This document shows, piece by piece, positions 28,707-38,601 of a stretch of DNA of 64,000 nt (positions are counted from its first letter, which is position 1; each line of letters begins with the position of its first letter). The translations under genes and the position numbers were made by a program. The notes under the pieces are model-generated. The model saw only the letters and a program-made list of their open reading frames with translations, was not told the DNA's origin and did not search any database. Source of the DNA: an uncultured Anaerotignum sp. (GTDB lineage: Bacteria > Bacillota > Clostridia > Lachnospirales > Anaerotignaceae); NCBI GenBank assembly GCA_910578425.1, contig CAJTQX010000003.1, positions 8,183 through 72,182 on the forward strand, written 5' to 3'.

Positions 28707-29878
28707 TGTATCGCCTCCAGATTTTCCGCTGCCTGTTGGATTCGTGCGAAAAGCGGTTCCGGCAGGGGGAGGGTTTCTGTTTCCAGCCCGAAGGGAGTCG
28801 AGCGGTTTTTACAGCCCATGTATATGCCGCCGAGGAAATTCGAGCTGTAATGCCATTTGCCGCGCAGGGTCAGAAGGAGGGAGATAGCCGCCGAGGAGAT
28901 TGCAGGGGCGACATATGGCTTGAAGCCCAGCTCCCGTGTCCGCAGATTTGCCTCCACAGCAAGCTGTGTCAGTTCCCGCGAAAGGGCGTCATCATACTGT
29001 GCGATGCTGTTGGCGATAACCAAATCCGCACCATGCGGGCCGTATGCCCTGCCTTCGGTCAGGAAGGAGGCAAAGCGAGCGTCTTTTTTCGCGTAATATG
29101 CCGCGCGCGCGTTCATTACGCCCAGCCCGTAGCCCTGTATCTGTTCCGGCAGGAGTATGCCGCCTGCCGCCTGCAATGCTGCCCTGCAAAGTGGGTCTAC
29201 AGGGTCGGAAACAACGGCAAACAACCCCTGAAAATGGCTTTCCGCCGCTTTTTTCGCAAAGTGGGAGATAATGCCCTTATTGGCTTCATACTGTGCCATG
29301 CGTACATCCTGCACGCCGGAACCAACGGGCGGTATGCCTTTTGACGCGCAGAACACAAACACATCGCAAGCAAAAAGGTTTTCTTCCCGCAGAATTTCAA
29401 CGGGAGGCAGGGCGTCATATTCCCAGGGGTAGGCGGCCTGGTTCAGCTCACATTCCCAACGCTGGCAGACGGTTTCGTTGACGTCATAAATTCCCAGAGC
29501 ACTGATGCAGTCCCCGCCCAGCAGCTTCAGGACGGTCAGAACGGTACTGCCTACATCGCCCAGCGCAAGCAGGTGCACCCGTTTTTTCCGCGGAATTTCC
29601 CGTTCCATGCGGGCTTTCCATTCCGCCAGAGTGCAATATGACGTATTCACGAGCGTGGCTGTCCCCTCGGCAATGTTTTTTTCCAAAAATGCCCGTCCTC
29701 CCGCGGGAATCCAATCTGCACGGATATCCAGAGCATTTTTGTCCAGCCAGCCAATATCCTCCATATCTGCCATCATACCGATGTGCGTCAGGCGGCAAAG
29801 TCCCTTTGTCTGCCCTGCCGGATGGCTGACAGCAAACAACTGCCCGCGTTTCCATTTCACGAATTCCAACACTTTCAC
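28703..29878 (-). CDS. Divergent lactate/malate dehydrogenase-fold protein
   Basis: LALGDVG Rossmann loop, VVSDPVD, GYGLGVMNAR, GPHG; true start uncertain. Confidence 0.75.
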   Translation of the reverse strand: MKVLEFVKWKRGQLFAVSHPAGQTKGLCRLTHIGMMADMEDIGWLDKNALDIRADWIPAGGRAFLEKNIAEGTATLVNTSYCTLAEWKARMEREIPRKKRVHLLALGDVGSTVLTVLKLLGGDCISALGIYDVNETVCQRWECELNQAAYPWEYDALPPVEILREENLFACDVFVFCASKGIPPVGSGVQDVRMAQYEANKGIISHFAKKAAESHFQGLFAVVSDPVDPLCRAALQAAGGILLPEQIQGYGLGVMNARAAYYAKKDARFASFLTEGRAYGPHGADLVIANSIAQYDDALSRELTQLAVEANLRTRELGFKPYVAPAISSAAISLLLTLRGKWHYSSNFLGGIYMGCKNRSTPFGLETETLPLPEPLFARIQQAAENLEAIQ

Positions 29879-29905
29879 CTCCGCATATCTAAGGTACTGT
29901 ATATT

Positions 29906-30100
29906 TTATTTCTCAAACGGCGTCATAATCCATTTGATACACCCGCCCGCTTTGTTTTCAAATATACGGCAGCCCTCTAAAATATCGTACAGAGGCGCGC
30001 GGTGGGTAATCAGACAGTTGGTATCCGGTTTTCCGCAGCGCACCGGCTCCATGATTTCTGCACCGGCGTTTGCGTCTACGCCGCCTGCCGCTTTCATTGT
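29906..30100 (-). pseudogene. C-terminal remnant of a zinc-dependent alcohol dehydrogenase
   Basis: GGVDA..GKPDTNCLITHRAPLYDILEGCRIFENKAGGCIKWIMTP resembles the MDR/ADH C-terminus; no N-terminal part present. Confidence 0.7.
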
Positions 30101-30120
30101 TTTCTGCAATGCTTTTCCTC

Positions 30121-30711
30121 TCAGACTGTTTTTGCGGCTTCTTCCGCCTCTTTTTTTGCCGCGTCAAGCAGCTCTGCCACAGGCACAAGCCCGATATCCA
30201 GCCCTTCTGCTGCGATGCAGTCATAGCGTTCGATGCCGAAAAATTCTGCCATTGCCGCCATATAGCGCGAGCCCATTTCCAGCGGTGTATCCGCATAATA
30301 GCCGCCGCGCGTCGTCAGGTAGACCATATGGTCGGCTTTGCAGAGCCCTTCCAGCCCGCGTTCGCCCGTTTTGAATGTAATCCCTTCCACACAGAGGTTT
30401 TCAATGTAAACCTTCAGCAGTGCGGGAAAGCTCAAATCCCAAAACGGCGCGGCAATGACAATCTTATCCGCCTCTGCAAACTGGCGCGCGTAGCAGAATC
30501 TGGGGTGTGAGAAATTCTTTTCGGCAAGCAGTTCGTCCCTCTGGCGGAAAAAGCCTTCCGTCATATAATTCAGCCCCTCATCCATCAGGACAAGCCTTGT
30601 GATGCAATAATCCCCGTTTTTTTCCAGTTCTTTCAGGAAATGCTCCGCCAGTTCCTTCGTGCGCGAGCCTTCCCGACGGATACAGCAGTCGATGTACAAT
30701 ACGTTTTTCAT
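30121..30711 (-). CDS. FMN-dependent NADH-azoreductase-like (flavodoxin_2) protein
   Basis: SRTKEL, ADKIVIAAPFWDLSFPALLKVYIE, TTRGG. Confidence 0.85.
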   Translation of the reverse strand: MKNVLYIDCCIRREGSRTKELAEHFLKELEKNGDYCITRLVLMDEGLNYMTEGFFRQRDELLAEKNFSHPRFCYARQFAEADKIVIAAPFWDLSFPALLKVYIENLCVEGITFKTGERGLEGLCKADHMVYLTTRGGYYADTPLEMGSRYMAAMAEFFGIERYDCIAAEGLDIGLVPVAELLDAAKKEAEEAAKTV

Positions 30712-30730
30712 GATTTTCCCCCTTGTCTTT

Positions 30731-31660
30731 TCATCTTATCTTAACAGCCTGCAATTCTCCCAGCGTGCCATTCCGCAGTGCTTCTTCAACCTCTGCTTTC
30801 AGCGGGACGGAATCTGACGCGCCTTTGCGCCCGATTGCCAGCGCGCTTGCCGCGCTTGCCAGAAGCAGAGCGTTTGGAATGTTATTTTCCTTATATATGG
30901 AATACAGGAAATACCCGCTGAAGGTATCTCCTGCCGCTGTCGTATCTACTGCGTCTGCATGGAAGCAGCCAATGCGGTATTCCTCTGCATTGCGGACGCA
31001 GCACGCCCCGCGGCTGCCCAGCGTCAGCAGTATCCCACAGTTCGGGTATTTTTCCCGCAGGAACGGCAGAATTTCCTCGTCCGTTTCACAGCCGGCAATC
31101 TGCCGCCCCTCTACTTCGTTGACGATCAGCCAGTCCAGCAGTTCCAGAGGATAGCCCAGAACGTCTTTGTTCATAGGGGCGGCGTTCAAAGCAGTCTGCA
31201 TACCGCGCCTGTGCGCCTCCTCCATAATATAGCCTACAAGGTTTGTTTCATTCTGCAAAAGCACCAAAACATCTTTTTCTCCGGCAAATGCGTCCAGTGT
31301 GCGGTTGATATATTCCTTTGTCAGCATACGGTTCGTGCCGCCGTAAAGGAGGATACAGTTCTGTCCGCTTTTGTCCACCTGTATGATGGCGTGTCCGTTC
31401 GGGGAGTCTGCCTGTTGCAGAAGGGAAACATCTACGCCGTTTTCCCGCAGCTTTTCTTCCAATATTCCTCCATCCATGCCTATGATGCCCGCGTGGTGCA
31501 CAGGAATTCCTGCTTTTGCGGCGGCAATGGACTGATTCAGCCCCTTGCCGCCGCAGTTGATAAACAGCCCAAGCGAAGATATCGTTTCGCCCGGCTGCAC
31601 GAAATGCTCCACATCATAGACATAATCCTTATTCAAAGAGCCAAAATTCAGCAGTTTCAT
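30731..31660 (-). CDS. Ribokinase (PfkB family)
   Basis: GSLNKD, GGKGLNQS, LLQNE, TLGSRG, DTTAAGDTF. Confidence 0.9.
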   Translation of the reverse strand: MKLLNFGSLNKDYVYDVEHFVQPGETISSLGLFINCGGKGLNQSIAAAKAGIPVHHAGIIGMDGGILEEKLRENGVDVSLLQQADSPNGHAIIQVDKSGQNCILLYGGTNRMLTKEYINRTLDAFAGEKDVLVLLQNETNLVGYIMEEAHRRGMQTALNAAPMNKDVLGYPLELLDWLIVNEVEGRQIAGCETDEEILPFLREKYPNCGILLTLGSRGACCVRNAEEYRIGCFHADAVDTTAAGDTFSGYFLYSIYKENNIPNALLLASAASALAIGRKGASDSVPLKAEVEEALRNGTLGELQAVKIR

Positions 31661-32142
31661 GTTTTTCCCTCCGTTTCTTCGGACAGCGCGCTGCGGATGC
31701 GCTCCTGCCGTTCCGCGCCGCTCTGCCGTTCCTTCCATGCAATGCCTGCCAGGATCAGGAATATCCCCGCGATTTTTGCAAAGCTGAATTCACCGAAAAA
31801 CACATAGTCCAGCACAATGGCGATTCCCAACTGACCCATCAGCACCAGTACGGTAGAGGTCATCGCGCCGCTGTGGCTTGTCCCGATAATGAGGAATATC
31901 ATTGCAACAAGCCCGCAGACGCTGCCCATGTAAAACAACAGGGGCACTTCGCGGATATGCGAGAAATCCAGTTCCGCGCCGTTGCCTGTGATAAATATCA
32001 GGCAGAACGCAATTACAGATGCTTCGATATAATTCACCAGCGCGCCGCGCGCCGTCCCCAGACATTCTCCCGCTTTTACGTTCACCATTTTGTTGATTGT
32101 GTTTAAGAAGCCATTGGCGACTGCCGTAATATAAAATACCAT
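31657..32142 (-). CDS. DMT (YdcZ-like) transporter subunit
   Basis: Five-TM protein with GQLGIAIVLDY motif. Confidence 0.75.
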   Translation of the reverse strand: MVFYITAVANGFLNTINKMVNVKAGECLGTARGALVNYIEASVIAFCLIFITGNGAELDFSHIREVPLLFYMGSVCGLVAMIFLIIGTSHSGAMTSTVLVLMGQLGIAIVLDYVFFGEFSFAKIAGIFLILAGIAWKERQSGAERQERIRSALSEETEGKT

Positions 32143-32155
32143 TGCTTACGCCTCC

Positions 32156-32578
32156 TTATCCCTGCACGACCAGAAAAATCCCTGCCATTACAAGCGCGTA
32201 GCAGGGGAGCTGCTTCAAACGGAACGGCTTTTTTTCTGCACCGAACCAGCCGTAATGATCTACCAAAGCGGAGGATATCATCTGCCCGATGACAGAAAGG
32301 CTGAGCATTGCCGTCGCGCCGATGCGCAGTGTGCACCAACTGCTGCTGGCAACCATCGCAACACCCATAAAGCCTACCAGAAATACATACGGCGGCGCGC
32401 CCCGAAAGGAAAGGGGCTTTTTTTCCTTCCCTTTGACATACAGCACCAAAAGCACTGCTGCAATGGCATGTACGAAAAAGCAGATGCCGAAAAGACTGTA
32501 ATAATTTCCCAACTGGCCGTTCAGGGATACCATAAGCCCCTGAAAAATGCCTGATAAAATCAAAAATAAAAAATACAC
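32156..32578 (-). CDS. DMT (YdcZ-like) transporter subunit
   Basis: NGQL, GQMISSALVDHYGWFG; GTG start with RBS GGAGG. Confidence 0.8.
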   Translation of the reverse strand: MYFLFLILSGIFQGLMVSLNGQLGNYYSLFGICFFVHAIAAVLLVLYVKGKEKKPLSFRGAPPYVFLVGFMGVAMVASSSWCTLRIGATAMLSLSVIGQMISSALVDHYGWFGAEKKPFRLKQLPCYALVMAGIFLVVQG

Positions 32579-32714
32579 GCTGTTTTCCTCCTGATTTTTC
32601 TTCTCTGTTTTGGCAATTTTACCATATGCGGGCCGTTTCTTCAAGCCGCATTCCGCCGCTTCTGGAAAAAGCCCTGTGAAACAGAAAAAAGGCAGGAAGT
32701 TTCTGCCGACATAA

Positions 32715-32751
32715 TAAAAAATCGGGAAAGCTCTGAAAGAACCTTCCCGAT
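32715..32751 (-). terminator. Rho-independent terminator of the lipoprotein gene
   Basis: Minus strand ATCGGGAAGGTTC..GAGCTTTCCCGAT followed by TTTTT. Confidence 0.7.
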
Positions 32752-32777
32752 AGCCCGCCGTATGTTAAGGCTGATTT

Positions 32778-33638
32778 TTAACCAATTACAGTTGCGTTTG
32801 CTGCCTCAGCAGGGATTTCAACCTCAACTGCGTTGAAGTCCTTGCAGATCATGCTGACTGCTGTTTTGCTGATTTCGATTTTTGTATCGCCTGCTGCCGC
32901 GCCTGCGCTTGCCATTGCCTGATCCATAACAGTCTGCATCATAGCTGTCATGTCCATTTCATATTTTACAACATAGCCATCCGCGTCAATCCACATGGTC
33001 AGGGGCAGGTCGCTGGAGTAGATGGCTTCCATATCTTCCGCGCTCAGGCCCATGCTTTCTACAGAGCTCAGAGCACCGCTGTCCTGAATTGCTTCTTTCA
33101 TGGCATCGCCTGTCAGCACGCCTTCGATTTTGGATGCTGTTTTGCCGTTAACATCTTCTTCGCCGGTTTTGCTGAAATCGGAGATGTTTTTCAGGTAAAG
33201 ATCCATGTTGGCGTCTGCGTCATATTGTGCAAGAGCATCAGCTGTTGTGGACTGTGCATACCATGCACCGTCCATATTTATATATGTAACGAACTGGCCG
33301 TCTTTTTCTTCTGCAAACATCTGCATATCCTGGCTGCCCATTTCGCCCATATCCATGGACATATCCATCTGCATCTTCAAAGGATCGTTTACTGTGAGGA
33401 TTTTTGCATTTGTAATCATATCAATGCTTTCCTCGCCCATTGTCATGCCGATTTCCATGTTCATTTCTGTTGCCATGCTCTCTACGCCGGCCATTGTTTC
33501 CTGAGCCTTTGTCAAAAGTGCCTCCACATCTGTGGAATCAGAACCGCCTGCGTTGCCGCCGTTGCCGCCGCAGCCTGCTGCTGCGAACGCCATTGTCATA
33601 GCTGCCGCTACTGCTAAAAACCTTTTGCTCCATTTCAT
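32778..33638 (-). CDS. Lipoprotein (DUF6612/LolA-like fold candidate)
   Basis: Lipobox AAAGC; Met-rich beta-strand pattern. Confidence 0.7.
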   Translation of the reverse strand: MKWSKRFLAVAAAMTMAFAAAGCGGNGGNAGGSDSTDVEALLTKAQETMAGVESMATEMNMEIGMTMGEESIDMITNAKILTVNDPLKMQMDMSMDMGEMGSQDMQMFAEEKDGQFVTYINMDGAWYAQSTTADALAQYDADANMDLYLKNISDFSKTGEEDVNGKTASKIEGVLTGDAMKEAIQDSGALSSVESMGLSAEDMEAIYSSDLPLTMWIDADGYVVKYEMDMTAMMQTVMDQAMASAGAAAGDTKIEISKTAVSMICKDFNAVEVEIPAEAANATVIG

Positions 33639-33867
33639 AACTACTACTCCTCCTCCTTAAAAAATACACAAAAAAAATTTGTTACCTGTTTACTATAGCA
33701 TAAAACTACGCAGGAGTTCTTACAAAATTCTTAATTTTTTTTTAACAAATAGAAATTTGGCGGAACCCGAAAGACGAACTGGATTTTAGCAGCGGGATAT
33801 GGTATCATGCACAGGAACAGTGTCCGGTCAGAAGCCGGATCTTTCCGGATAATTTAGGAGGAATAAC

Positions 33868-35460
33868 ATGATTCGTGTTTCGGAGTTAAAGCTGCCGTTG
33901 GACGGCACAAAGGAGCAACTGAAAAAAAAAGCGGCGCGGGCTTTGGGCGTTGTGCCAAAAGAAATGAAGGAGCTGAAAATATTCCGGCGTTCTCTGGACG
34001 CGCGGAAAAAGGATGATATTCATTATGTGTATACGGTAGACGTTTCGCTGGAAGATGAAAGCAGGATACTGCGGCGGGCGGATGGGAAAAAGCTGGCTCC
34101 CGCGCCTGACATTGTGTACAGGCTGCCGAAGGGCGTAAACATGCCGGAAAAGCGTCCTGTTGTTGTGGGCTTTGGTCCGGCAGGGATGTTTGCCGCTCTG
34201 CTTTTGGCAGAGATGGGGCTGCGTCCCGTTGTGCTGGAACGCGGCGGCGATGTGGAGAGCCGCAGAAAGGCGGTAGAGCAGTTTTGGGAGACGGGAAAGC
34301 TGGATACGGAGAATAACGTGCAGTTTGGTGAGGGCGGCGCGGGGACGTTTTCAGACGGCAAGCTGACGACCCGCATCAAAGACCCGCGCTGCCGCAAGGT
34401 TTTGGAGGAAATGGCAGAGGCGGGCGCGCCGGAGGAAATCCTCTGGGATGCAAAGCCGCATATCGGTACGGACCTCCTGCGGGGCGTTGTGCGGAATATA
34501 CGTGAAAAAATCACTGCGCTGGGCGGCGAGGTGCGGTTTCACGCGAAGGTATCGGGTTTTGCGTGGGAGAATGGAAAGATACACGCCGTTCTTCTGGAAA
34601 ACGGAGAGCAGATGGAAACGAAGGACGTTGTGCTCGCGCTGGGGCATAGTGCGCGGGATACCTTTGAATTACTGGAACGGGAGGGCTTTGCACTGGAGCA
34701 GAAGCCCTTTGCCGTCGGTGTGCGGATTGAGCATCCGCAGGAAATGATAAACAGGGCGCAGTATGGCCAGGCGGCGGAAAACCTGCCTGCCGCCGATTAC
34801 CGCCTGACGTATACGACAAAAGCGGGGAGGGGCGTTTATACCTTTTGTATGTGTCCCGGCGGAATGGTTGTTGCGGCAGCCTCGGAGGAGGGGCGGCTTG
34901 CGGTCAACGGCATGAGCCTGCACGCGCGGGACGGAGAGAATGCCAATTCTGCCCTTTTGGTGCAGGTATTTCCGGAGGATTTTGGCAGCCCTGCCCCGCT
35001 GGCAGGCATGTATTTCCAGCGGGATTTGGAGGAAAAGGCGTTTCAGGCCGGCGGCGGTGGTTATGCCGCTCCCGTTCAAAAGGTTGGCGCATTCCTCGGG
35101 ATAGAAGGAAATGGAGAAGGAGTTCGGCCGACCTGCCGTCCGAATGTTACAGAGAGCAGTATGAACGATATTTTTCCGGCGTTTATAACAGATGCGCTGC
35201 GGGAGGCCCTGCCCGCGATGGGCAGAAGGCTGAAAGGCTTTGACAGACCGGACGCTCTGCTGACTGCTGTGGAGAGCCGCAGTTCTTCCCCTGTGCGGAT
35301 ACTGCGGGACGAAAATGGCGAAAGTCTGCGGTTTGGCGGCATTTATCCCGCCGGAGAAGGCGCGGGCTATGCAGGTGGAATCGTGTCTGCGGCTGTGGAC
35401 GGCATCGCGGCGGCAGAGCGGATTGCTGCAAAATATGGCTGGAAAAAGGCGGGACAGTGA
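33868..35460 (+). CDS. FAD/NAD(P)-dependent oxidoreductase
   Basis: VVGFGPAG, GEGGAGTFSDGKL, FCMCPGG, GEGAGYAGGI. Confidence 0.88.
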   Translation: MIRVSELKLPLDGTKEQLKKKAARALGVVPKEMKELKIFRRSLDARKKDDIHYVYTVDVSLEDESRILRRADGKKLAPAPDIVYRLPKGVNMPEKRPVVVGFGPAGMFAALLLAEMGLRPVVLERGGDVESRRKAVEQFWETGKLDTENNVQFGEGGAGTFSDGKLTTRIKDPRCRKVLEEMAEAGAPEEILWDAKPHIGTDLLRGVVRNIREKITALGGEVRFHAKVSGFAWENGKIHAVLLENGEQMETKDVVLALGHSARDTFELLEREGFALEQKPFAVGVRIEHPQEMINRAQYGQAAENLPAADYRLTYTTKAGRGVYTFCMCPGGMVVAAASEEGRLAVNGMSLHARDGENANSALLVQVFPEDFGSPAPLAGMYFQRDLEEKAFQAGGGGYAAPVQKVGAFLGIEGNGEGVRPTCRPNVTESSMNDIFPAFITDALREALPAMGRRLKGFDRPDALLTAVESRSSSPVRILRDENGESLRFGGIYPAGEGAGYAGGIVSAAVDGIAAAERIAAKYGWKKAGQ

Positions 35461-35606
35461 CCGCCGGAGAGGCGTTTTTCGCGGTGTATTCCGAAAAATG
35501 CGATACAAAATATGGCAGAGAATCAGATTTTTTCTTGTTATAATGCGAAAACTCTGCTATACTATCACATATGCAAAGAAAAAAGCAGGACGGTGTGGTG
35601 CGGAAA

Positions 35607-36167
35607 ATGCGGATTATTGCGGGAAAAGCAAAAGGACATAAGCTGGAAACCATTGACGGGCTGGCAACCAGACCGACAACGGACAGAATTAAGGAAACGC
35701 TGTTCAATATAATTGCGTTTGACCTGCCGGACTGCCGGTTTTTGGACTTGTTTGCGGGCAGCGGTGCCATTGGTATGGAGGCATTAAGCCGCGGGGCGGA
35801 GCAGGCTGTTTTCGTGGAAAACGCCGCCCCCTGTCAGGACGTGATCGCGCGGAACCTTGCGCATACAAAGCTGGGGGAGGGCGCGCGCGTGCTCTGCATG
35901 GAGGCGTCTGCCGCGCTGGACAGGCTGGCGGAGGAAAACGCCGCGTTTGATGTGATCTATATGGACCCGCCTTATGATGCAGGGCTGGCAGAGCCTGTGC
36001 TGAAAAAAATACTGGACAAAAATCTTTTGAGCGGAGAAGGGTATGTGATTTGGGAACGTGCGGCAAAGCTCCCTTTTACGCTTCCAGCAGGATATGCCGT
36101 TCTGCGGGAAAAGGAATATAGGACGACGGTGCTGACGTTTCTGCGCCCGGAGGATAGAACAAGATGA
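35607..36167 (+). CDS. rsmD: 16S rRNA m2G966 methyltransferase RsmD
   Basis: MRIIAG, TRPTTDRIKE, DLFAGSG, DPPY. Confidence 0.95.
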   Translation: MRIIAGKAKGHKLETIDGLATRPTTDRIKETLFNIIAFDLPDCRFLDLFAGSGAIGMEALSRGAEQAVFVENAAPCQDVIARNLAHTKLGEGARVLCMEASAALDRLAEENAAFDVIYMDPPYDAGLAEPVLKKILDKNLLSGEGYVIWERAAKLPFTLPAGYAVLREKEYRTTVLTFLRPEDRTR

Positions 36168-36643
36168 AAAAAGCAATTTATGCAGGCAGCTTTGACCCGC
36201 TGACGCTGGGACATCTGGATATTATTGAAAGAGCGGCGAAGTTGTTCGACTGCCTTGTGGTGGCGGTTTTGGAAAATCCAAACAAGCAATCTCTTTTCAG
36301 CGTGGAAGAGCGTAAATGCCATCTGGAAATGGCAACGGCACGGCTGGAAAATGTGGAGGTTGCTTCTTTCAAGGGGCTTCTGGCGGAATTTGCAAGGGAG
36401 ATCGGCGCGACGGTCGCGGTCAGGGGGCTGCGCAATGCGGTAGATTTCGCGGCGGAATACCAGATGTACCTGATTAACCGGAAGCTGGGGCAGGAAATTG
36501 AAACGGTCTTTCTGGCGGCAGATGAGGAACATCTTTCCCTGAGCTCCACAAACGTGAAGGAAGTCGCGGTGTTCGGCGGAAATATTGATTTTATGGTACC
36601 GCAGGAAATCAAGCCGTTTATAATGGAAAAATATCAGAAGTGA
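36164..36643 (+). CDS. coaD: Pantetheine-phosphate adenylyltransferase
   Basis: GSFDPLTLGHLDII, VRGLR, LSSTNVKE. Confidence 0.96.
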   Translation: MKKAIYAGSFDPLTLGHLDIIERAAKLFDCLVVAVLENPNKQSLFSVEERKCHLEMATARLENVEVASFKGLLAEFAREIGATVAVRGLRNAVDFAAEYQMYLINRKLGQEIETVFLAADEEHLSLSSTNVKEVAVFGGNIDFMVPQEIKPFIMEKYQK

Positions 36644-36652
36644 GGGAAATAT

Positions 36653-37156
36653 ATGGATTCTGTACTGCAACTGTTGGATGAACTGGAGGAAGTGCTGGAC
36701 AGCAGCAGGGCTGTTCCTTTCAGCAATAAAGTTTCGATTGATAAAGAGGAAATTTATGACATCATCAGCGAGATCCGTATGAAGCTCCCCAATGAGTTGA
36801 AGCAGTCCAAATGGGTCATCGAGGAGCGGAACAAAATATTGATCGACGCGCAGCGGGAGGCCGATGAGATCGTAAAAACCGCCGAGGAGCGCGTTGTGCG
36901 CATGATTGATGAAAACGAAGTGACGAAAAAGGCATATGAGCAGGCGGCGGCGATTATTGATTCCGCGAAAAAGACTTCTAAGGAAATGCGCCTTGGCGCG
37001 ATGGAATACGCGGAGGAAATGCTGAGCGATGCGGAAAGCAAACTGAAGGAACTGAAAGCCGTCGTTTACAGCGAAAGCATAAAAACAGACGATTATTTTG
37101 CCCAGACGCTGAACGTGCTTGCGGAAAACATACAGGAACTGAAAATCGGGAAATGA
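36653..37156 (+). CDS. Conserved coiled-coil protein often found after coaD
   Basis: LLDELEE..VPFS..LPNELKQ..A motif, long coiled coil. Confidence 0.75.
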   Translation: MDSVLQLLDELEEVLDSSRAVPFSNKVSIDKEEIYDIISEIRMKLPNELKQSKWVIEERNKILIDAQREADEIVKTAEERVVRMIDENEVTKKAYEQAAAIIDSAKKTSKEMRLGAMEYAEEMLSDAESKLKELKAVVYSESIKTDDYFAQTLNVLAENIQELKIGK

Positions 37157-37179
37157 TAAAACGGTGGGGCCCAAAAGCT

Positions 37180-38289
37180 TCACTGTTTTTGTTTTCCGCG
37201 AAATGCCCAGAACAGCACACAGAAAAAGAACAGCAGCGGCAGAACGGAATGCGCCAGCGGAGAGGATACTGCGCCTGTAAGCAGAGAAAACGCGGGAACG
37301 GCACTTTCCGCACGGCTTTGCAGGAGCGGAAACAGGACGCGGAAAAAGAGCACGCTGAAAACGGCGTTGCAGAGCTTTGCAAAGCAGTAATCCCGCTTGG
37401 AAAAGGGGACGCCGGACAGCACGCCGAAGGTCTGCCCGAGAATGGAAAGCCCGCCAAAGGAAACAAGAAAGGCGGCGGCAGTCAGGCGTGCATGGAGCGC
37501 GTCACCGGCAGTGCTCAGGAGATACGCGCCGTTTGTCATTTCCAGCAGACCGGTGCAGATTCCCTGCAAAAAACCGGAAGAAACAGGCAGAATGGAAAAC
37601 AGGCGGGAAAGCAGGCTGAAAAGACCCGACTGTTCCGCCGCCTCCGCCAGCGCGCCAAAAAGTATCATATAGCCGCCGATTTGGAAGATTGTTGTCATGG
37701 AATCGGATACGGAGGAGGAAAGCGCGTCCATTGGGGAAACGGGCGCAGCGGAAGGATAACGCCGGGCAGAGCTGCGGGACGCGCTTTTTCTGCCGAAACG
37801 CCAGAGGATACCTGTTGCCAGCGCGCCGAGGAATGCGGAAAGCAGGAGGGCATAGCCCCAGAATGGCGCGTGAAAAAATGCCGCGCCAACTGTGCCGACA
37901 AGGAAAAGAGGACCGGGGTTATTGGAAAAAACAAGGATATGTCTGGCTTCTTCTTCCGAGAGCAGTTTTTTTTCATAGAGCATGGCCGTAATTTTCGCGC
38001 CCATAGGATAGCCGGAGAGTATGCCCAGAAAAAAGGGAAAGGCGCAGATGCCGGGCAGTCCGAAAAGCGGCCTCATAACGGGACGCAAAAGACTGCCGAG
38101 CCGTTCCGCCGCGCCAAGTCGCAGCAAAAGCCCGCAGGCTGCCATAAAGGGAAACAGGGAAGGCAGAACGCGGGTGAACCAGAGGGACGCGCTTTCAGCG
38201 GAGGCAGCAAGCATAGCCGCCGGATAGCGCAGAAGGGCGAATATCAGGAAGCAGGCACATACACTGACGAGCAGGGAACTTTTTTTCAT
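37180..38289 (-). CDS. ylbJ: Sporulation integral membrane protein YlbJ-like (nucleoside recognition gate)
   Basis: LWF..VLPSLFPF, LSGYPMGAK, NNPGPLF, GLLEMTNG, FGGLSI..Q; near coaD. Confidence 0.85.
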   Translation of the reverse strand: MKKSSLLVSVCACFLIFALLRYPAAMLAASAESASLWFTRVLPSLFPFMAACGLLLRLGAAERLGSLLRPVMRPLFGLPGICAFPFFLGILSGYPMGAKITAMLYEKKLLSEEEARHILVFSNNPGPLFLVGTVGAAFFHAPFWGYALLLSAFLGALATGILWRFGRKSASRSSARRYPSAAPVSPMDALSSSVSDSMTTIFQIGGYMILFGALAEAAEQSGLFSLLSRLFSILPVSSGFLQGICTGLLEMTNGAYLLSTAGDALHARLTAAAFLVSFGGLSILGQTFGVLSGVPFSKRDYCFAKLCNAVFSVLFFRVLFPLLQSRAESAVPAFSLLTGAVSSPLAHSVLPLLFFFCVLFWAFRGKQKQ

Positions 38290-38322
38290 GTGGAAGGCTC
38301 CTTTCGGAGATGTTATAAAACA

Positions 38323-38351
38323 ATCCTATGGCCGTCCGGCGGAAAACATGC
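38323..38351 (-). promoter_or_regulatory. Possible sigma-E (mother cell) promoter of ylbJ
   Basis: Minus strand GCATG-16nt-CATAGGAT resembles the sigma-E consensus. Confidence 0.4.
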
Positions 38352-38601
38352 ATATCCTGTATGGTGAAAGCGGACGTCCATATTTGGGGGAGAAGTGGAA
38401 GAAAACACGCAAGGTATTGGAAATGTAAAAAAAATGTAAGGATTTTTAACGGAATTGCTATTGTAATTTAACGGATACTCCGTTATGATAGATGAAACTG
38501 CATTGATTGCGGGAAATGTTCTGCCGGCCAGGGCGGGGATTTTTCGCAGCCTGTGCCTGCTGTCTGGCTCAGCACGGGAGAAGTAAGGGGGCGGATACAA
38601 A

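Noticed and set aside
37153..38367. 404-aa plus-strand ORF overlapping the previous stop codon
   Set aside because: Lies opposite the motif-supported ylbJ gene; its polar composition mirrors a hydrophobic gene on the other strand
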